From Rhodothermales bacterium (GTDB lineage: Bacteria > Bacteroidota > Rhodothermia > Rhodothermales > JABDKH01): 64,000 bases of DNA. The notes under the pieces were generated by a model. It searched no databases, was not told where the DNA came from, and worked only from the letters and a program-made list of their open reading frames with translations. Made by a program: the position numbers and the translations under genes. Shown in pieces: positions 1 to 10,198 of this stretch. The stretch's first letter is position 1, and each line of letters starts with the position of its first letter. The stretch is from contig JABDKO010000197.1 in assembly GCA_013002165.1 (NCBI GenBank), positions 224-64,223 of the forward strand, read 5' to 3'.

Positions 1-1
1 T

Positions 2-2425
2 ACGACGGGCACTTTTTCGTCTTCCTCAAACAGTGCCATTGTCGATCTCAAATGTTCGCCGCAGCCTGATTTTAATTCGAGCATCGAACTACTTAAAGCA
101 AGTATCGACAGTGGTCCCGCCACGACGTTCATCCTATGTGACAGCAAGGGTCAGCAACAACGACTGACTGACCTTCTCGAAACGCAAATCTCCTCTGGCA
201 AAGTTTCTATCGTCGTCGGTTCTCTGCACGAAGGCTTTGTAGTAGACGATTCACAGCTTGCAGTCTTTACTGACCATCAGATCTTCAACAGATTTCATCG
301 CCCGTCTACACGAAAAAAGAAATCGACGGGCGGCCTTTCGCTGCGCGCACTGAAAGACCTGTCTGTTGGTGACTTTGTCGTTCACGTTGACTACGGAATC
401 GGGACCTTCGACGGTCTGAAAAAGATTACCGTTCGCGGCAAAGAACAGGAAGCCGCCAAGATTCTCTACAAAGACCGAGACTCTCTTTTCGTAAACGTCA
501 ACTCGATACACAAGCTACACAAGTACTCCGGCAAAGATGGACATCAACCTGGCCTGACAAAACTTGGAACGGGTCAGTGGGAGCGAAAGAAAGCGCGAAC
601 GAAGAAACGCGTCAAGGACATTGCACGGGATCTCATAAAACTTTACGCGCAACGGCGCGCTGCAAGTGGTCACGCTTTTCCTCCCGACACAATCTGGCAA
701 CGGGAAATGGAGGCTTCGTTTCAGTACGAGGATACGCCCGATCAATCGAAAGCAATCGACTTCGTGAAAGAGGACATGATGCAGCCGTCTCCAATGGACC
801 GACTTGTTTGTGGTGATGTCGGATTTGGTAAAACTGAGGTGGCAGTCCGTGCTGCATTTAAAGCAGTCCAGGATGGCCGGCAAGTTGCGATACTCGTGCC
901 AACTACCATTCTTGCTGAACAACATCTCGAAACGTTCTCAAAAAGGCTGGCCCGATTCCCTGTACGGATCGCAGCTCTTTCCAGGTTCCGTGATCCCCAG
1001 GAACAGAAGCAGATCATAAAGGATGTTGCAAGTGGCAAGATCGACGTACTCATTGGGACACATCGTATTACGTCCAAGGACGTTGTGTTCAAGGACCTCG
1101 GCCTGCTCGTTATAGATGAGGAGCAAAGATTCGGAGTCTCGATCAAAGAAAAACTCAGAAAACTTAAAGTCAATGTCGACACGTTGACGCTGACCGCTAC
1201 GCCAATTCCCAGAACGCTGCAGTTCTCTCTCCTTGGCGCGCGGGACCTGTCAATTATTTCTACGCCCCCACCAAACCGGCAACCGATTGTAACGGAGATT
1301 CACACGTACGACTCCGAGCTAATTCGTGATGCGATTGTGTATGAGCTCAACAGGGGAGGGCAGGTGTTCTTCATACACAACAGGGTTAAGTCCATCGAGG
1401 AGATGGGCGCAAAGCTGCGCGATACGATTCCAGGAATCCGTCTACGCGTTGCCCACGGTCAGATGCCGCCGCGAACTTTGGAGAATGTCATGTTCGACTT
1501 CAAGAACCACAAGTTCGACGTTCTCCTATCAACGAACATTATCGAGAACGGGCTGGACATATCGAATGCAAACACAATCATAATTAATCATGCGAACCGG
1601 TTCGGTCTTGCCGAGCTGCATCAATTGCGTGGAAGAGTTGGAAGGTCGGATCGCAAGGCATTCTGTTACTTACTTGTCTCGTCGATTCACAGCTTGACCC
1701 GGGAAGCAAGACAGCGACTACAGGCACTCGAAGAATTTAGCAACCTCGGCGCGGGCTTCGGTCTTGCGATGCGGGACATGGATATTCGTGGCGCGGGCAA
1801 CATGCTCGGTGCAGAGCAAAGTGGATTCATTGCTGACGTTGGCTTCGAGACATATCACAAAATCCTTGATGAAGCCGTAAGCGAACTGAGGCAAGATGAA
1901 TTCAAGGAACTGTTCAAGGATCAGCCCACGCCGGCGCTTTTCGAAACGGCAGTCGACGTTGACGTTGACGCGCTGATACCGATGACATACCTGTCATCAA
2001 ACAACGAACGCCTGAACCTGTATCGGAGAATTGCAGAAGCGAAGAACACCGAAGAGCTGCATGCCATTTCGAGCGAGATGACGGACAGGTTTGGGCCGTT
2101 TCCCGAACAGGTAAATAGTCTCTTCATTGCATCACGTCTGAAGCTTATCGGACAGATTCTGCACCTTCCAAGAATCACCTACAAAAATAGCCGCCTCTTC
2201 CTGAATTTTCCGGATCAAAAAGCATCCGACTACTTCTCTGCATCTCTATTCCAGCCTGTTATGGAGTGGCTGGATGAATCAGGTCAAAGATTCGTCATGA
2301 AACAGTCCAAACAGGGGACTATGCGTGCAATCGTGCAAGAGGTTAACTCCCTTGGTGATGCGATGACGTTATGCGAAGAACTTGTCGAGCACGTAACCGG
2401 AACCGAGAATGAGCCTCAACTATAA
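2..2425 (+). CDS. mfd: Transcription-repair coupling factor Mfd, C-terminal ~807 aa (5' end outside window)
   Basis: The frame is open from position 2 with no stop. Translation shows a CarD-like segment (VGDFVVHVDYGIGTF) and SF2 helicase motifs (GDVGFGKTEVA, LLVIDEEQRFG, QLRGRVGRS), followed by an Mfd-type C-terminal domain. The listed ORF 707..2425 is only the part after an internal Met. Confidence 0.95.
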   Translation, partial: TTGTFSSSSNSAIVDLKCSPQPDFNSSIELLKASIDSGPATTFILCDSKGQQQRLTDLLETQISSGKVSIVVGSLHEGFVVDDSQLAVFTDHQIFNRFHRPSTRKKKSTGGLSLRALKDLSVGDFVVHVDYGIGTFDGLKKITVRGKEQEAAKILYKDRDSLFVNVNSIHKLHKYSGKDGHQPGLTKLGTGQWERKKARTKKRVKDIARDLIKLYAQRRAASGHAFPPDTIWQREMEASFQYEDTPDQSKAIDFVKEDMMQPSPMDRLVCGDVGFGKTEVAVRAAFKAVQDGRQVAILVPTTILAEQHLETFSKRLARFPVRIAALSRFRDPQEQKQIIKDVASGKIDVLIGTHRITSKDVVFKDLGLLVIDEEQRFGVSIKEKLRKLKVNVDTLTLTATPIPRTLQFSLLGARDLSIISTPPPNRQPIVTEIHTYDSELIRDAIVYELNRGGQVFFIHNRVKSIEEMGAKLRDTIPGIRLRVAHGQMPPRTLENVMFDFKNHKFDVLLSTNIIENGLDISNANTIIINHANRFGLAELHQLRGRVGRSDRKAFCYLLVSSIHSLTREARQRLQALEEFSNLGAGFGLAMRDMDIRGAGNMLGAEQSGFIADVGFETYHKILDEAVSELRQDEFKELFKDQPTPALFETAVDVDVDALIPMTYLSSNNERLNLYRRIAEAKNTEELHAISSEMTDRFGPFPEQVNSLFIASRLKLIGQILHLPRITYKNSRLFLNFPDQKASDYFSASLFQPVMEWLDESGQRFVMKQSKQGTMRAIVQEVNSLGDAMTLCEELVEHVTGTENEPQL

Positions 2426-3390
2426 AGATCTTGCACTTTCCGGGCTTCTTCTGCCACAAGGCCTTTCAATTCAGCCGGTTCGATAACTTCGGCGTCGGTT
2501 CCAAACCGGCGGAGCCAGTTTGACAGGTAGTGAAGATTGTCGAATCGAAATGCGATGTCTACGTAGGCGTCATGCGCGTCCATATTATCAATCCGCGCTG
2601 GAAGAACTCGAACCGCGGTGCTCGCTACCGTCTGCTTGAACCGAATTACAACCTGGTGGATTTCATCCGACATTTGCGATCGATCCACGTGGTCCTGCAG
2701 ATCAAAATCTTCAGGTGCTTCGAATCGGCTCATCGAAACGTGAAGCTTCCGGATGCGGTCTAACCTGAAGTTTCGAATCGTCCCTCGAAGATGATCGAAT
2801 GCAATCAGATTCCAGTGATCTGTATAGTACACCAGTCCAAGTGGATCTACTGTTCGACGCGTTACTTCGTCACGACTCTCCACATAGTAATCGATTATCA
2901 AACTGTTGCGTGTCGTTACCGCTTCGGTGATCTTGTGCCACCATCCGTCGGACTCACGATCGACTTTTAGTGCCGATGACCAATACGGGTCAAGCACAGT
3001 TCGATCCTTCAGCCGTGATACAAACGATCTCGTCTCCTGGGGCAACACGTTCATTATTTTCACTTCCACGGCCTCGGCCTCTGCCTGAAGCGTGGGGTCT
3101 GTCTGGAGCTTCATAAAGCCCAGTCCTACCAGGAGGGTTGCAGCCTCGCGCGCAGTTATCATAAGAGGGGGGAGCTGGTAGCCTTCGAGGATTTCGTAAC
3201 CTGTGTCCTCCCCGTACGTGAGCGGTACACCAGATTCACTGAGTGATCGAAGGTCGCGGAATATAGTCCGACGAGTCACTCCGAAGTGCTCGGCGAGATC
3301 CTTGCTTGTGAGGTTCGGGCGAGCCTGCAGCAAGATGACGATCTCAAACAATCTGTCCGTTTTCTTCTTTCGCTTTTCTGCGTTGCTCAT
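2416..3390 (-). CDS. YafY/DeoR-type HTH + WYL domain transcriptional regulator
   Basis: N-terminal HTH (TSKDLAEHFGVTRRTIFRDLRSL) and a central WYL-like block (VYYTDHWNLIAFDHLRGTIRNFRLDRI). The ATG overlaps the rsmG stop (ATGA at 3387-3390). The 3' end overlaps the mfd 3' end by 10 nt. Confidence 0.8.
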   Translation of the reverse strand: MSNAEKRKKKTDRLFEIVILLQARPNLTSKDLAEHFGVTRRTIFRDLRSLSESGVPLTYGEDTGYEILEGYQLPPLMITAREAATLLVGLGFMKLQTDPTLQAEAEAVEVKIMNVLPQETRSFVSRLKDRTVLDPYWSSALKVDRESDGWWHKITEAVTTRNSLIIDYYVESRDEVTRRTVDPLGLVYYTDHWNLIAFDHLRGTIRNFRLDRIRKLHVSMSRFEAPEDFDLQDHVDRSQMSDEIHQVVIRFKQTVASTAVRVLPARIDNMDAHDAYVDIAFRFDNLHYLSNWLRRFGTDAEVIEPAELKGLVAEEARKVQDLYS

Positions 3391-4031
3391 CGGTCAACTC
3401 TCCCGATTGATCTGGTCACATGCACCAGATACTTGTCGTCGCTTGCTTTTCCCAGTACGTCACCAACGGGTTCCTGCGTTGCAATACACTTTGGATAACG
3501 CTTTCGCAGTTCATCTATCTCCGGACCCAGAACTCCTCCTTTCAGGGCTATCAGGCCGGGTTGCCATGTTTCTGGAGAAGTGGTTATCGGGATGTGTCCA
3601 CGAATATGCCACGACCACAGTCGGACCAGTGATGCCGTTGCCCGCGATGTGGAATAGTGATACTTGCCCGGGTATTCCTCTGCCCGGCCACGCCAGACTT
3701 TCAGGTTTTCCAGTCCCAGCTCACTCATAAAATGTTGAATGGCAACCGCTTTTTTTCCCGTGGTCTCGACTGCAATGACCTCAATGTCCGAACAGGCGAT
3801 AGCGAGAGGAATAGCTGGCAGGCCTCCACCGCTGCCCCAGTCGATGACCTTCGTCCCTGGCTCAAATGGCTTCTTCAGTATGCGGAGACAGTGGGCGATG
3901 TGCCACTCGACATCCACGCGAGTAGATTTTCGAGAAATCAGGTTCACCCGCGCATTGTAATCCAGAAGCAAGTCAGCGTACAGCTTTAACTGCTTATCTA
4001 TTTCCGGCGAGTTAATGATGCCTGCTGCCAT
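3387..4031 (-). CDS. rsmG: 16S rRNA (guanine527-N7)-methyltransferase RsmG (GidB)
   Basis: 214 aa with SAM-binding motif VIDWGSGGGLPAIPLAI. Sits in the classic position downstream of mnmG. Confidence 0.9.
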   Translation of the reverse strand: MAAGIINSPEIDKQLKLYADLLLDYNARVNLISRKSTRVDVEWHIAHCLRILKKPFEPGTKVIDWGSGGGLPAIPLAIACSDIEVIAVETTGKKAVAIQHFMSELGLENLKVWRGRAEEYPGKYHYSTSRATASLVRLWSWHIRGHIPITTSPETWQPGLIALKGGVLGPEIDELRKRYPKCIATQEPVGDVLGKASDDKYLVHVTRSIGRVDR

Positions 4032-4048
4032 ATCCGTGATCTTCCTGT

Positions 4049-5947
4049 CTATGCAGACTGAGACTCCGGGTGTCTCTTCAACAACACCATGAGAACGGAG
4101 ATGTCTGCAGGACTCACGCCACTAATTCTCGAAGCCTGTCCGAGATTGGATGGCTGAATCTTGCTGAGCTTCTCCCGCGCCTCCAATGTTATGTTGCCCA
4201 GATTCTGAAAGTCAACAGTAGGGGGAATCGGCATCGATTCAAGTTTTTCCATCCGACTTACCATGTCGGCCTCACGCGCCAAATACCCCTCGTACTTAAG
4301 TTCTATTTCAACCAGGCTTGACACATCTTCAACACCATCCGCAGGAGTCACCATCTCATCATATCGGTCCACAAACTGCAGAAGATCTGGAAGTGATACC
4401 TCAGGCCGCAATGCTATTTTCGCAATGCGTTCCGGATTGGAAATATCGGACGTACCGACCTTCTGGAGATAAGCGTTAACTGCAGACGGCGTTACGGCTG
4501 TTCCCTCTATCGCCGCGCGTGTCCTCGAAATTGCCTCGCGCTTTCGTTGCATCCGCTCGACGCGTTCTTTTGATGCAAGTCCGAGTTCGTACCCGCGCTC
4601 CGTCAACCGCTGGTCCGCATTGTCCTGTCTCAGCAGAATTCGATGCTCGGCCCTCGACGTGAACATCCGGTACGGTTCTTCAGTGCCTTTCGCAACGAGA
4701 TCATCAATCAGCACACCGATGTATGCTTCAGATCTCTTTAGAATCAGTGGATCGCTGTTCCGGAGTCGCTGGACCGCGTTGATACCGGCAATTAACCCCT
4801 GGGCAGCGGCTTCCTCGTATCCCGTCGTACCGTTAATCTGGCCCGCAAAGAAAAGGTTATTTACCAGCTTGGTCTCAAGACTGTAGCGAACCTGAAAAGG
4901 AGGGAAGTAGTCATACTCAATTGCGTAACCCGGTCGAAGCAGATGAACATTCTCAAGGCCGGCTACCTTACGCAACGCCTTGTACTGGACATCTTCAGGT
5001 AAGCTTGTCGAGAAGCCGTTGACGTAGACCTCTTCTGTTGTCCAGCCTTCCGGTTCAAGAAAAATCTGGTGACGATCCTTGTCGGCGAACCGGTCAATCT
5101 TGTCTTCAATCGATGGACAGTACCGGGGCCCACGCCCCTTGATACGACCGGCAAACATCGGGCTGTCATCGAAGCCTTCTCGCAGGAGGTCATGTACTTC
5201 TGTATTTGTGTACGTCAACCAGCAGCTTCTCTGCGCCTTCGGCAAGGCATCCGTCATAAACGAAAACGGACTCGCCTTCGGGTCACCGGGTTGCTCTTCC
5301 AGTTTCGAATAGTCCATGCTTCGGCCATCGATCCGCGGCGGTGTCCCGGTTTTCAGTCGGCCGCTTTCGAATCCCAGATCAAGCAGGGTCGCCGTCAGGC
5401 CCGTGGATGGTCGCTCGCCCATGCGGCCACCACCAAATTGCTTCTTGCCGACGTGAATCAGACCGTTCATGAACGTCCCGCTTGTCAGGATTACCGCACC
5501 TGCTCGAATCTCCTGGCCGAGCTGTGTTACTACTCCGGCCACACGTCCGCTTTCGATCAGCAGATCGGTCACCATGTCCGCACGCATCCACAGATCAGGA
5601 ATTTTTTCGAGTTGCTCACGGACGGCAGCGGCATACATCATCCTGTCACACTGAGCACGTGGACTCCAGACAGCGGGTCCCTTTCGCTGATTCAACATGC
5701 GGAATTGCAGGCCCGATGCATCGGTGGCAAGACCCATGATTCCACCCAGCGCATCTATCTCCCGTGCTATTTGACCTTTACCGATTCCTCCAATGGCGGG
5801 ATTGCAAGACATCTGGCCGATTGCCTGTAGCTGCATTGTGATCAGCAGCGTCCGTGCACCCATGCGAGATGCTGCAGCTGCGGCTTCGCTGCCGGCATGT
5901 CCGCCGCCAACGACAATGACATCGTATGTCTGGTCTGTAAGTGCCAT
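4049..5947 (-). CDS. mnmG: tRNA uridine-5-carboxymethylaminomethyl synthesis enzyme MnmG (GidA)
   Basis: 632 aa with N-terminal FAD fold (YDVIVVGGGHAGSEAA). GidA-family sequence throughout. Confidence 0.97.
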   Translation of the reverse strand: MALTDQTYDVIVVGGGHAGSEAAAAASRMGARTLLITMQLQAIGQMSCNPAIGGIGKGQIAREIDALGGIMGLATDASGLQFRMLNQRKGPAVWSPRAQCDRMMYAAAVREQLEKIPDLWMRADMVTDLLIESGRVAGVVTQLGQEIRAGAVILTSGTFMNGLIHVGKKQFGGGRMGERPSTGLTATLLDLGFESGRLKTGTPPRIDGRSMDYSKLEEQPGDPKASPFSFMTDALPKAQRSCWLTYTNTEVHDLLREGFDDSPMFAGRIKGRGPRYCPSIEDKIDRFADKDRHQIFLEPEGWTTEEVYVNGFSTSLPEDVQYKALRKVAGLENVHLLRPGYAIEYDYFPPFQVRYSLETKLVNNLFFAGQINGTTGYEEAAAQGLIAGINAVQRLRNSDPLILKRSEAYIGVLIDDLVAKGTEEPYRMFTSRAEHRILLRQDNADQRLTERGYELGLASKERVERMQRKREAISRTRAAIEGTAVTPSAVNAYLQKVGTSDISNPERIAKIALRPEVSLPDLLQFVDRYDEMVTPADGVEDVSSLVEIELKYEGYLAREADMVSRMEKLESMPIPPTVDFQNLGNITLEAREKLSKIQPSNLGQASRISGVSPADISVLMVLLKRHPESQSA

Positions 5948-5961
5948 GTGGAGTCCTACTG

Positions 5962-7350
5962 CTATTTACCGATGCAGAATCTTGAGAAGATACTATCCAG
6001 AATATCCTCGTTTGTGATTTGACCCGTAATAGCCCCGAGTTCTGCGAGTGCGTGACGTAATTCGATCGATACCAGATCGCCGGATTTGCCCGTATCTAAT
6101 GCCGAAACACAGTTGTCGACCGCTTCTTTCGCTCTTGCAAGATGATCTTTATGTCGAAGATTGGTAACCACTCGTGAACTGTCAGAAGAAGCAATTGCAT
6201 CCGTAACGATGCCAGTAAGTCTTGCTACGAGCGGCTTGATCTCCTCCTCATCATCCACAGCGTGCAGCGCGGATAGTGCGATTATCGTATATGGTTCCCT
6301 TGTGAACTGCGCAGGATCATGCGGCCGTTCAGCATGAAGGTCGGACTTGTTCGCTATCAGAATAATAAGCTCGACTGCAAGGCCGGCAGCTACAAGTTCA
6401 TCGAGCTCCGCCACATCGAGACCTTTGGTCGAGTCGAACACGTACAAAAGAACGTCTGCATTCTGCATAGATTTGCGAGCGCGGCGGACGCCTTCTTCCT
6501 CGACTACATCGGTTGTCTGCCGGAGGCCGGCAGTGTCTCTGAAGCGAAAGGGAAGACCTTGTATTTCGACTGACGCCTCGATCTCGTCGCGCGTCGTTCC
6601 CGGTATCTCGCTAACAATTGCGCGGTCTTTTCCGACCAGTGCATTGAGCAGTGTTGATTTGCCGGCGTTTGGCTTTCCTGCGATGATGACATTGATACCA
6701 TCACGTAATCTTGCGCCTGTGCGATACGATGTAACCAGTTCGGCAAGAAGGGCAGAGGCGTTTGAAAGGAGCGCGTACAGTCTTTGTCGATCTGCGAACT
6801 CTACATCTTCTTCCCCGAAGTCCAGTTCGAGTTCGAGCATTGCGCCAAGATCTATCAGCTCCATTCTCAGCTTCTCAATGAGCTTCGAATAATGACCCTC
6901 GAGGTGCGATACAGACACGCGATGCGCGGACGTTGAGGTGGCATGGATAATGTCTGCGACGGCCTCGGCCTGTGCAAGGTCCATTTTGCCATTTAGAAAT
7001 GCCCGCAGTGTGAACTCTCCCGGCTCCGCCATCCTGGCTCCATTGGCAAGAAGAGCGTCGAGGACGAGCTGTGGAGCAAAATCCCCACCGTGGCACGTGA
7101 TCTCGACTATGTCTTCCCCCGTTGATGATCGCGGATTGTGAAACACGGTCGCGACCACCTGATCTACAGTAACATCACCGTTGACGATTCTGCCAAAGTG
7201 TGCGGTGTGGGAGGGGGCGCTGCCTAAATCCGCGCCGACAAAACAACGTGCGGCAATACTGCGAGCCTCAGGTCCAGATAACCTGATAATGGACAGCGCC
7301 GCACGACCCCGCGCGGTCGCCGGCGCGGCTATCGTGTCTGGAGCCATCAT
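5962..7350 (-). CDS. mnmE: tRNA modification GTPase MnmE (TrmE)
   Basis: 462 aa with G-domain motifs GKPNAGKST, DTAGLR and NKSD, and the diagnostic C-terminal CIGK. Confidence 0.97.
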   Translation of the reverse strand: MMAPDTIAAPATARGRAALSIIRLSGPEARSIAARCFVGADLGSAPSHTAHFGRIVNGDVTVDQVVATVFHNPRSSTGEDIVEITCHGGDFAPQLVLDALLANGARMAEPGEFTLRAFLNGKMDLAQAEAVADIIHATSTSAHRVSVSHLEGHYSKLIEKLRMELIDLGAMLELELDFGEEDVEFADRQRLYALLSNASALLAELVTSYRTGARLRDGINVIIAGKPNAGKSTLLNALVGKDRAIVSEIPGTTRDEIEASVEIQGLPFRFRDTAGLRQTTDVVEEEGVRRARKSMQNADVLLYVFDSTKGLDVAELDELVAAGLAVELIILIANKSDLHAERPHDPAQFTREPYTIIALSALHAVDDEEEIKPLVARLTGIVTDAIASSDSSRVVTNLRHKDHLARAKEAVDNCVSALDTGKSGDLVSIELRHALAELGAITGQITNEDILDSIFSRFCIGK

Positions 7351-9177
7351 TTATTTTCTGACCCTCTTTCGAGACACCGCGCCATTTGACGACTTTTTCT
7401 TTATTCCGCGGACGGCCTTTCCACCGGCCCTGCCGTTAGTTTCGGGCTCTTCCTCGTCTTTGTCGTGCAGGTGCTTGTTGATGTACTTCTGCTGAACAGC
7501 CGTAAGTACGTTGTAGCAGAGATAGTAGAGGCTAAGCCCGGACGCGAACTTGTTGAAGATGGCGAAGATCATTATCGGCATCAGGTAGGTGAACATCTTC
7601 ATCTGCGGGTTTGACGCGGTTGAAGAGCTCTGAATCTGCATCTGTACAACAAGCGATATTCCCATGAGAAGAGTAAAGCCTGCTACGAAGTCGCCATAAA
7701 ACGGAATCTCAAACGGCAGTTGAAGAATCTTATCCGGAGCGGAAAGATCACTTGCCCACAGAAATCCCTGCTGTCGAATCTCAATCGACTGCGGGAGAAA
7801 CTGCCACAATGCGATGATGACGGGATACTGGAGCAACATCGGAAGACAGCCGCCGAGCGGGTTCACACCCGTCTCCTTGTACATCTTCATGGTGGCTTCC
7901 TGCTGCTTCTGCGGGTTGTCCGGGTATTTCTCCTTTATCGCCTCCATTTTGGGTTGGAGCTCGCGCATCCTCGCCATGTTCTTGAACGATGACTTGGTCA
8001 GCGGATACAGCGCACCTTTTACAACGAGTGCGAGAATGATAATTACAATACCGTATGACGGTATAAAGCCGTGCAGAAACGCAAACAGCGGAATGAAGAT
8101 AAACTTGGCCAGCGGCCGCGTCATCCATTCGAAGAAGTTGATTCCGAAATCAACCATGTCGAACAGGTGTAGTTTGTACGCAGCGAGATTGTAGTATTCA
8201 AGCGGGCCTACGTAAATGCGGAAAGTATCCGTCCGGTCGTCACCGATTGGCACGCTTAGCGTAACCTCGTAATCTTCTTTGAGATCAGGATCGTCTAGTT
8301 CGCCAAATCGTTCGCCGATGAGCTCCGCGCCGCGAGTGCTGCCGTCGGGAATGAGTACGGTCGTGAAGTACTGCGTCTTGACTCCGACCCAGTCGATAGA
8401 ACCGTTAAGAGATTTCTCCTGATACGCGTCTTTCCGAAGGTCGATACCAACAACGTCTCCGCCTGTTCTGGCATAGGCGCCGGTTCGCGTTGCCTCCGTT
8501 TTGCGATTGTCCTCGGCAAACGGAATTCCACCATCCCACACGATATCGTAACCCTGGCGGGCTGCGTACTGATCAGCACCGAGCAAACTGACACCTACCC
8601 TTATCTCGTATGAGTCAGGAGTAAACGTGTAGGACTGAACTATCGTGCCGCTGTCGATTTCTGCCCGAAACTCGAGCGTACTCTCGGATGACGCCACATT
8701 GACCCGGTCACTCGTTGTTGACGGTTCGAAATAAAGCGACCGTGTGTCAACCAGATGATTCTGCGTCGACGTAAACAGCAGGCCTATTGCGCCGAAAGTT
8801 GTCGAGTCCACCATCTGAACGGGAGTGACACGATCCGACTGGTAATATTCCTTGAGCTCCAGTGAGAGTAGAGTTGCACCATGCGAAGTGAAGACTGCCT
8901 TGTAGACTTCATTCTCGACCGTGATGAGTTTTTCATCTCCGGTTTGAACGCCAGCGAACATCTCGCCAATCGGAGCAGCGGGAGCCGTTGTTACATCTGC
9001 CTGTGCTTCGAGTTGAGGTATTTCATCGCTGATACCCGTGGATGAATCAACTACAGAGATCGAATCAGCAACGAGCTCGTCGGCACCCGGAGGCTGGGGA
9101 GTCGGTGAGATCATGAACAACCACACCATCATTATCAGTGTAATGAGGACAGTTGCTATTAATGTGTTACGATCCAC
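7351..9177 (-). CDS. yidC: Membrane protein insertase YidC (long, large periplasmic domain)
   Basis: 608 aa. N-terminal TM segment, large P1 domain, then the conserved insertase core (GVNPLGGCLPMLLQYPVIIALW). The stop abuts the mnmE start. Confidence 0.95.
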   Translation of the reverse strand: MDRNTLIATVLITLIMMVWLFMISPTPQPPGADELVADSISVVDSSTGISDEIPQLEAQADVTTAPAAPIGEMFAGVQTGDEKLITVENEVYKAVFTSHGATLLSLELKEYYQSDRVTPVQMVDSTTFGAIGLLFTSTQNHLVDTRSLYFEPSTTSDRVNVASSESTLEFRAEIDSGTIVQSYTFTPDSYEIRVGVSLLGADQYAARQGYDIVWDGGIPFAEDNRKTEATRTGAYARTGGDVVGIDLRKDAYQEKSLNGSIDWVGVKTQYFTTVLIPDGSTRGAELIGERFGELDDPDLKEDYEVTLSVPIGDDRTDTFRIYVGPLEYYNLAAYKLHLFDMVDFGINFFEWMTRPLAKFIFIPLFAFLHGFIPSYGIVIIILALVVKGALYPLTKSSFKNMARMRELQPKMEAIKEKYPDNPQKQQEATMKMYKETGVNPLGGCLPMLLQYPVIIALWQFLPQSIEIRQQGFLWASDLSAPDKILQLPFEIPFYGDFVAGFTLLMGISLVVQMQIQSSSTASNPQMKMFTYLMPIMIFAIFNKFASGLSLYYLCYNVLTAVQQKYINKHLHDKDEEEPETNGRAGGKAVRGIKKKSSNGAVSRKRVRK

Positions 9178-9225
9178 AGGCTTATTTCAGGGAGATGGTC
9201 ATGGCGCCCGTTACGGGGAGGTTGA

Positions 9226-9645
9226 TCAGCTAGTTCCGTTGTGCGGCTGGCCTTGTGACGAAAGGTGCGATATCATCGTTTCGATAACAGAGTCGGCGTC
9301 GCTTCGAAAGTCGCGTTTCGGATCCTGTCCTTTGTACACCATAATGAAGATCAGCTCAGTATCATCACTGGATGGAAGCTTTAGTAGCGAGCTATGACGC
9401 AGGCGAATGGCCTCACGCAGCACCCTTTTCACCCTGTTCCGGTCAACCGCCCGCTTCAACCGCCGTGTGGCAGTAACAGCTGCGCGGTACCTTACATGGT
9501 CCCCATCCGTGCTTGCAACTGAATCGTATATCAGTACTACAGACGGCGTAGAGATGGATTGCCGCGATGTCGCTTTTCGCTGAAAAAGCCCATCAATCAG
9601 GGCTTTCTTTTTCAGTCTATATTTCGCGGCACCGGGGTTGCGCAC
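9226..9645 (-). CDS. rnpA: Ribonuclease P protein component
   Basis: Basic RnpA motif RLKRAVDRNRVKRVLREAIR. Lies immediately downstream of rpmH. Exact start uncertain. Confidence 0.8.
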   Translation of the reverse strand: MRNPGAAKYRLKKKALIDGLFQRKATSRQSISTPSVVLIYDSVASTDGDHVRYRAAVTATRRLKRAVDRNRVKRVLREAIRLRHSSLLKLPSSDDTELIFIMVYKGQDPKRDFRSDADSVIETMISHLSSQGQPHNGTS

Positions 9646-9678
9646 GGTCGAACCGACTTTCGCTAGCCTTCCAGGCTA

Positions 9679-9834
9679 CTACTTGCCACTCCTGGTATCA
9701 GAAACAGTAAGGTTTTTTCTGCCCTTGGAGCGTCTGCGGGCCAAAACCTGGCGACCGCGTTTTGATGCCATTCGTGCACGAAAACCGTGCGTGTTCGCCC
9801 TTTTGCGACGACTGGGTTGGTACGTTCTTTTCAT
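9679..9834 (-). CDS. rpmH: 50S ribosomal protein L34 (51 aa; below the ORF-track size cutoff)
   Basis: Hand translation of the minus strand gives [51 protein letters not shown], the canonical L34 sequence, upstream of rnpA. Confidence 0.92.
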   Translation of the reverse strand: MKRTYQPSRRKRANTHGFRARMASKRGRQVLARRRSKGRKNLTVSDTRSGK

Positions 9835-10060
9835 TGTGATTACTGAAACTGGTTTTCCTTGGCTCGGCCTTCAGTATTGCCGGTTTGTCTACAGAAAAGC
9901 TAAGATACGACTCCTTTGATGATTTTCCATTCATCGCTGCTTGACTTTCGCTTGAAACGAACATAATATTCCAAGCTTCGTTCTCGTCCCCGCTAATCGA
10001 CGGTTTTCAGCGGAGATCGATCACGAGAGAGCCTTCGCTTACGTATCTTTGTCGGGTCAG

Positions 10061-10137
10061 GGGCGGTTAGCTCAGCTGGTTAGAGCGTCTGGTTTACACC
10101 CAGAAGGTCGGGAGTTCGAATCTCTCACCGCCCACCA
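10061..10137 (+). tRNA. tRNA-Val (anticodon TAC), CCA encoded
   Basis: Cloverleaf by hand: acceptor GGGCGGT/ACCGCCC, anticodon stem TCTGG/CCAGA with loop TTTACAC, T-arm GGGAG-TTCGAAT-CTCTC, then A-CCA. Coordinates accurate to +/-1 nt. Confidence 0.9.
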
Positions 10138-10198
10138 CATCTGTAATCTCGAATCCTGGCCGCACTCCACCCGGCCAGCGACAACAGCGGCACTACCA

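Noticed and set aside
5069-5830. 253-aa plus-strand ORF
   Set aside because: It is antisense to the unambiguous mnmG CDS, Arg-rich, and has no recognisable domain.
9178-9225. yidD between rnpA and yidC
   Set aside because: The gap is only 48 nt, and no small ORF with the YidD motif was found on the minus strand.
10049-10198. N-terminal 50 aa of ORF 10049..11023
   Set aside because: This segment is the tRNA-Val gene read as protein (…LAQLVRASG…GREFES…). The kinase starts at the Met at 10199.
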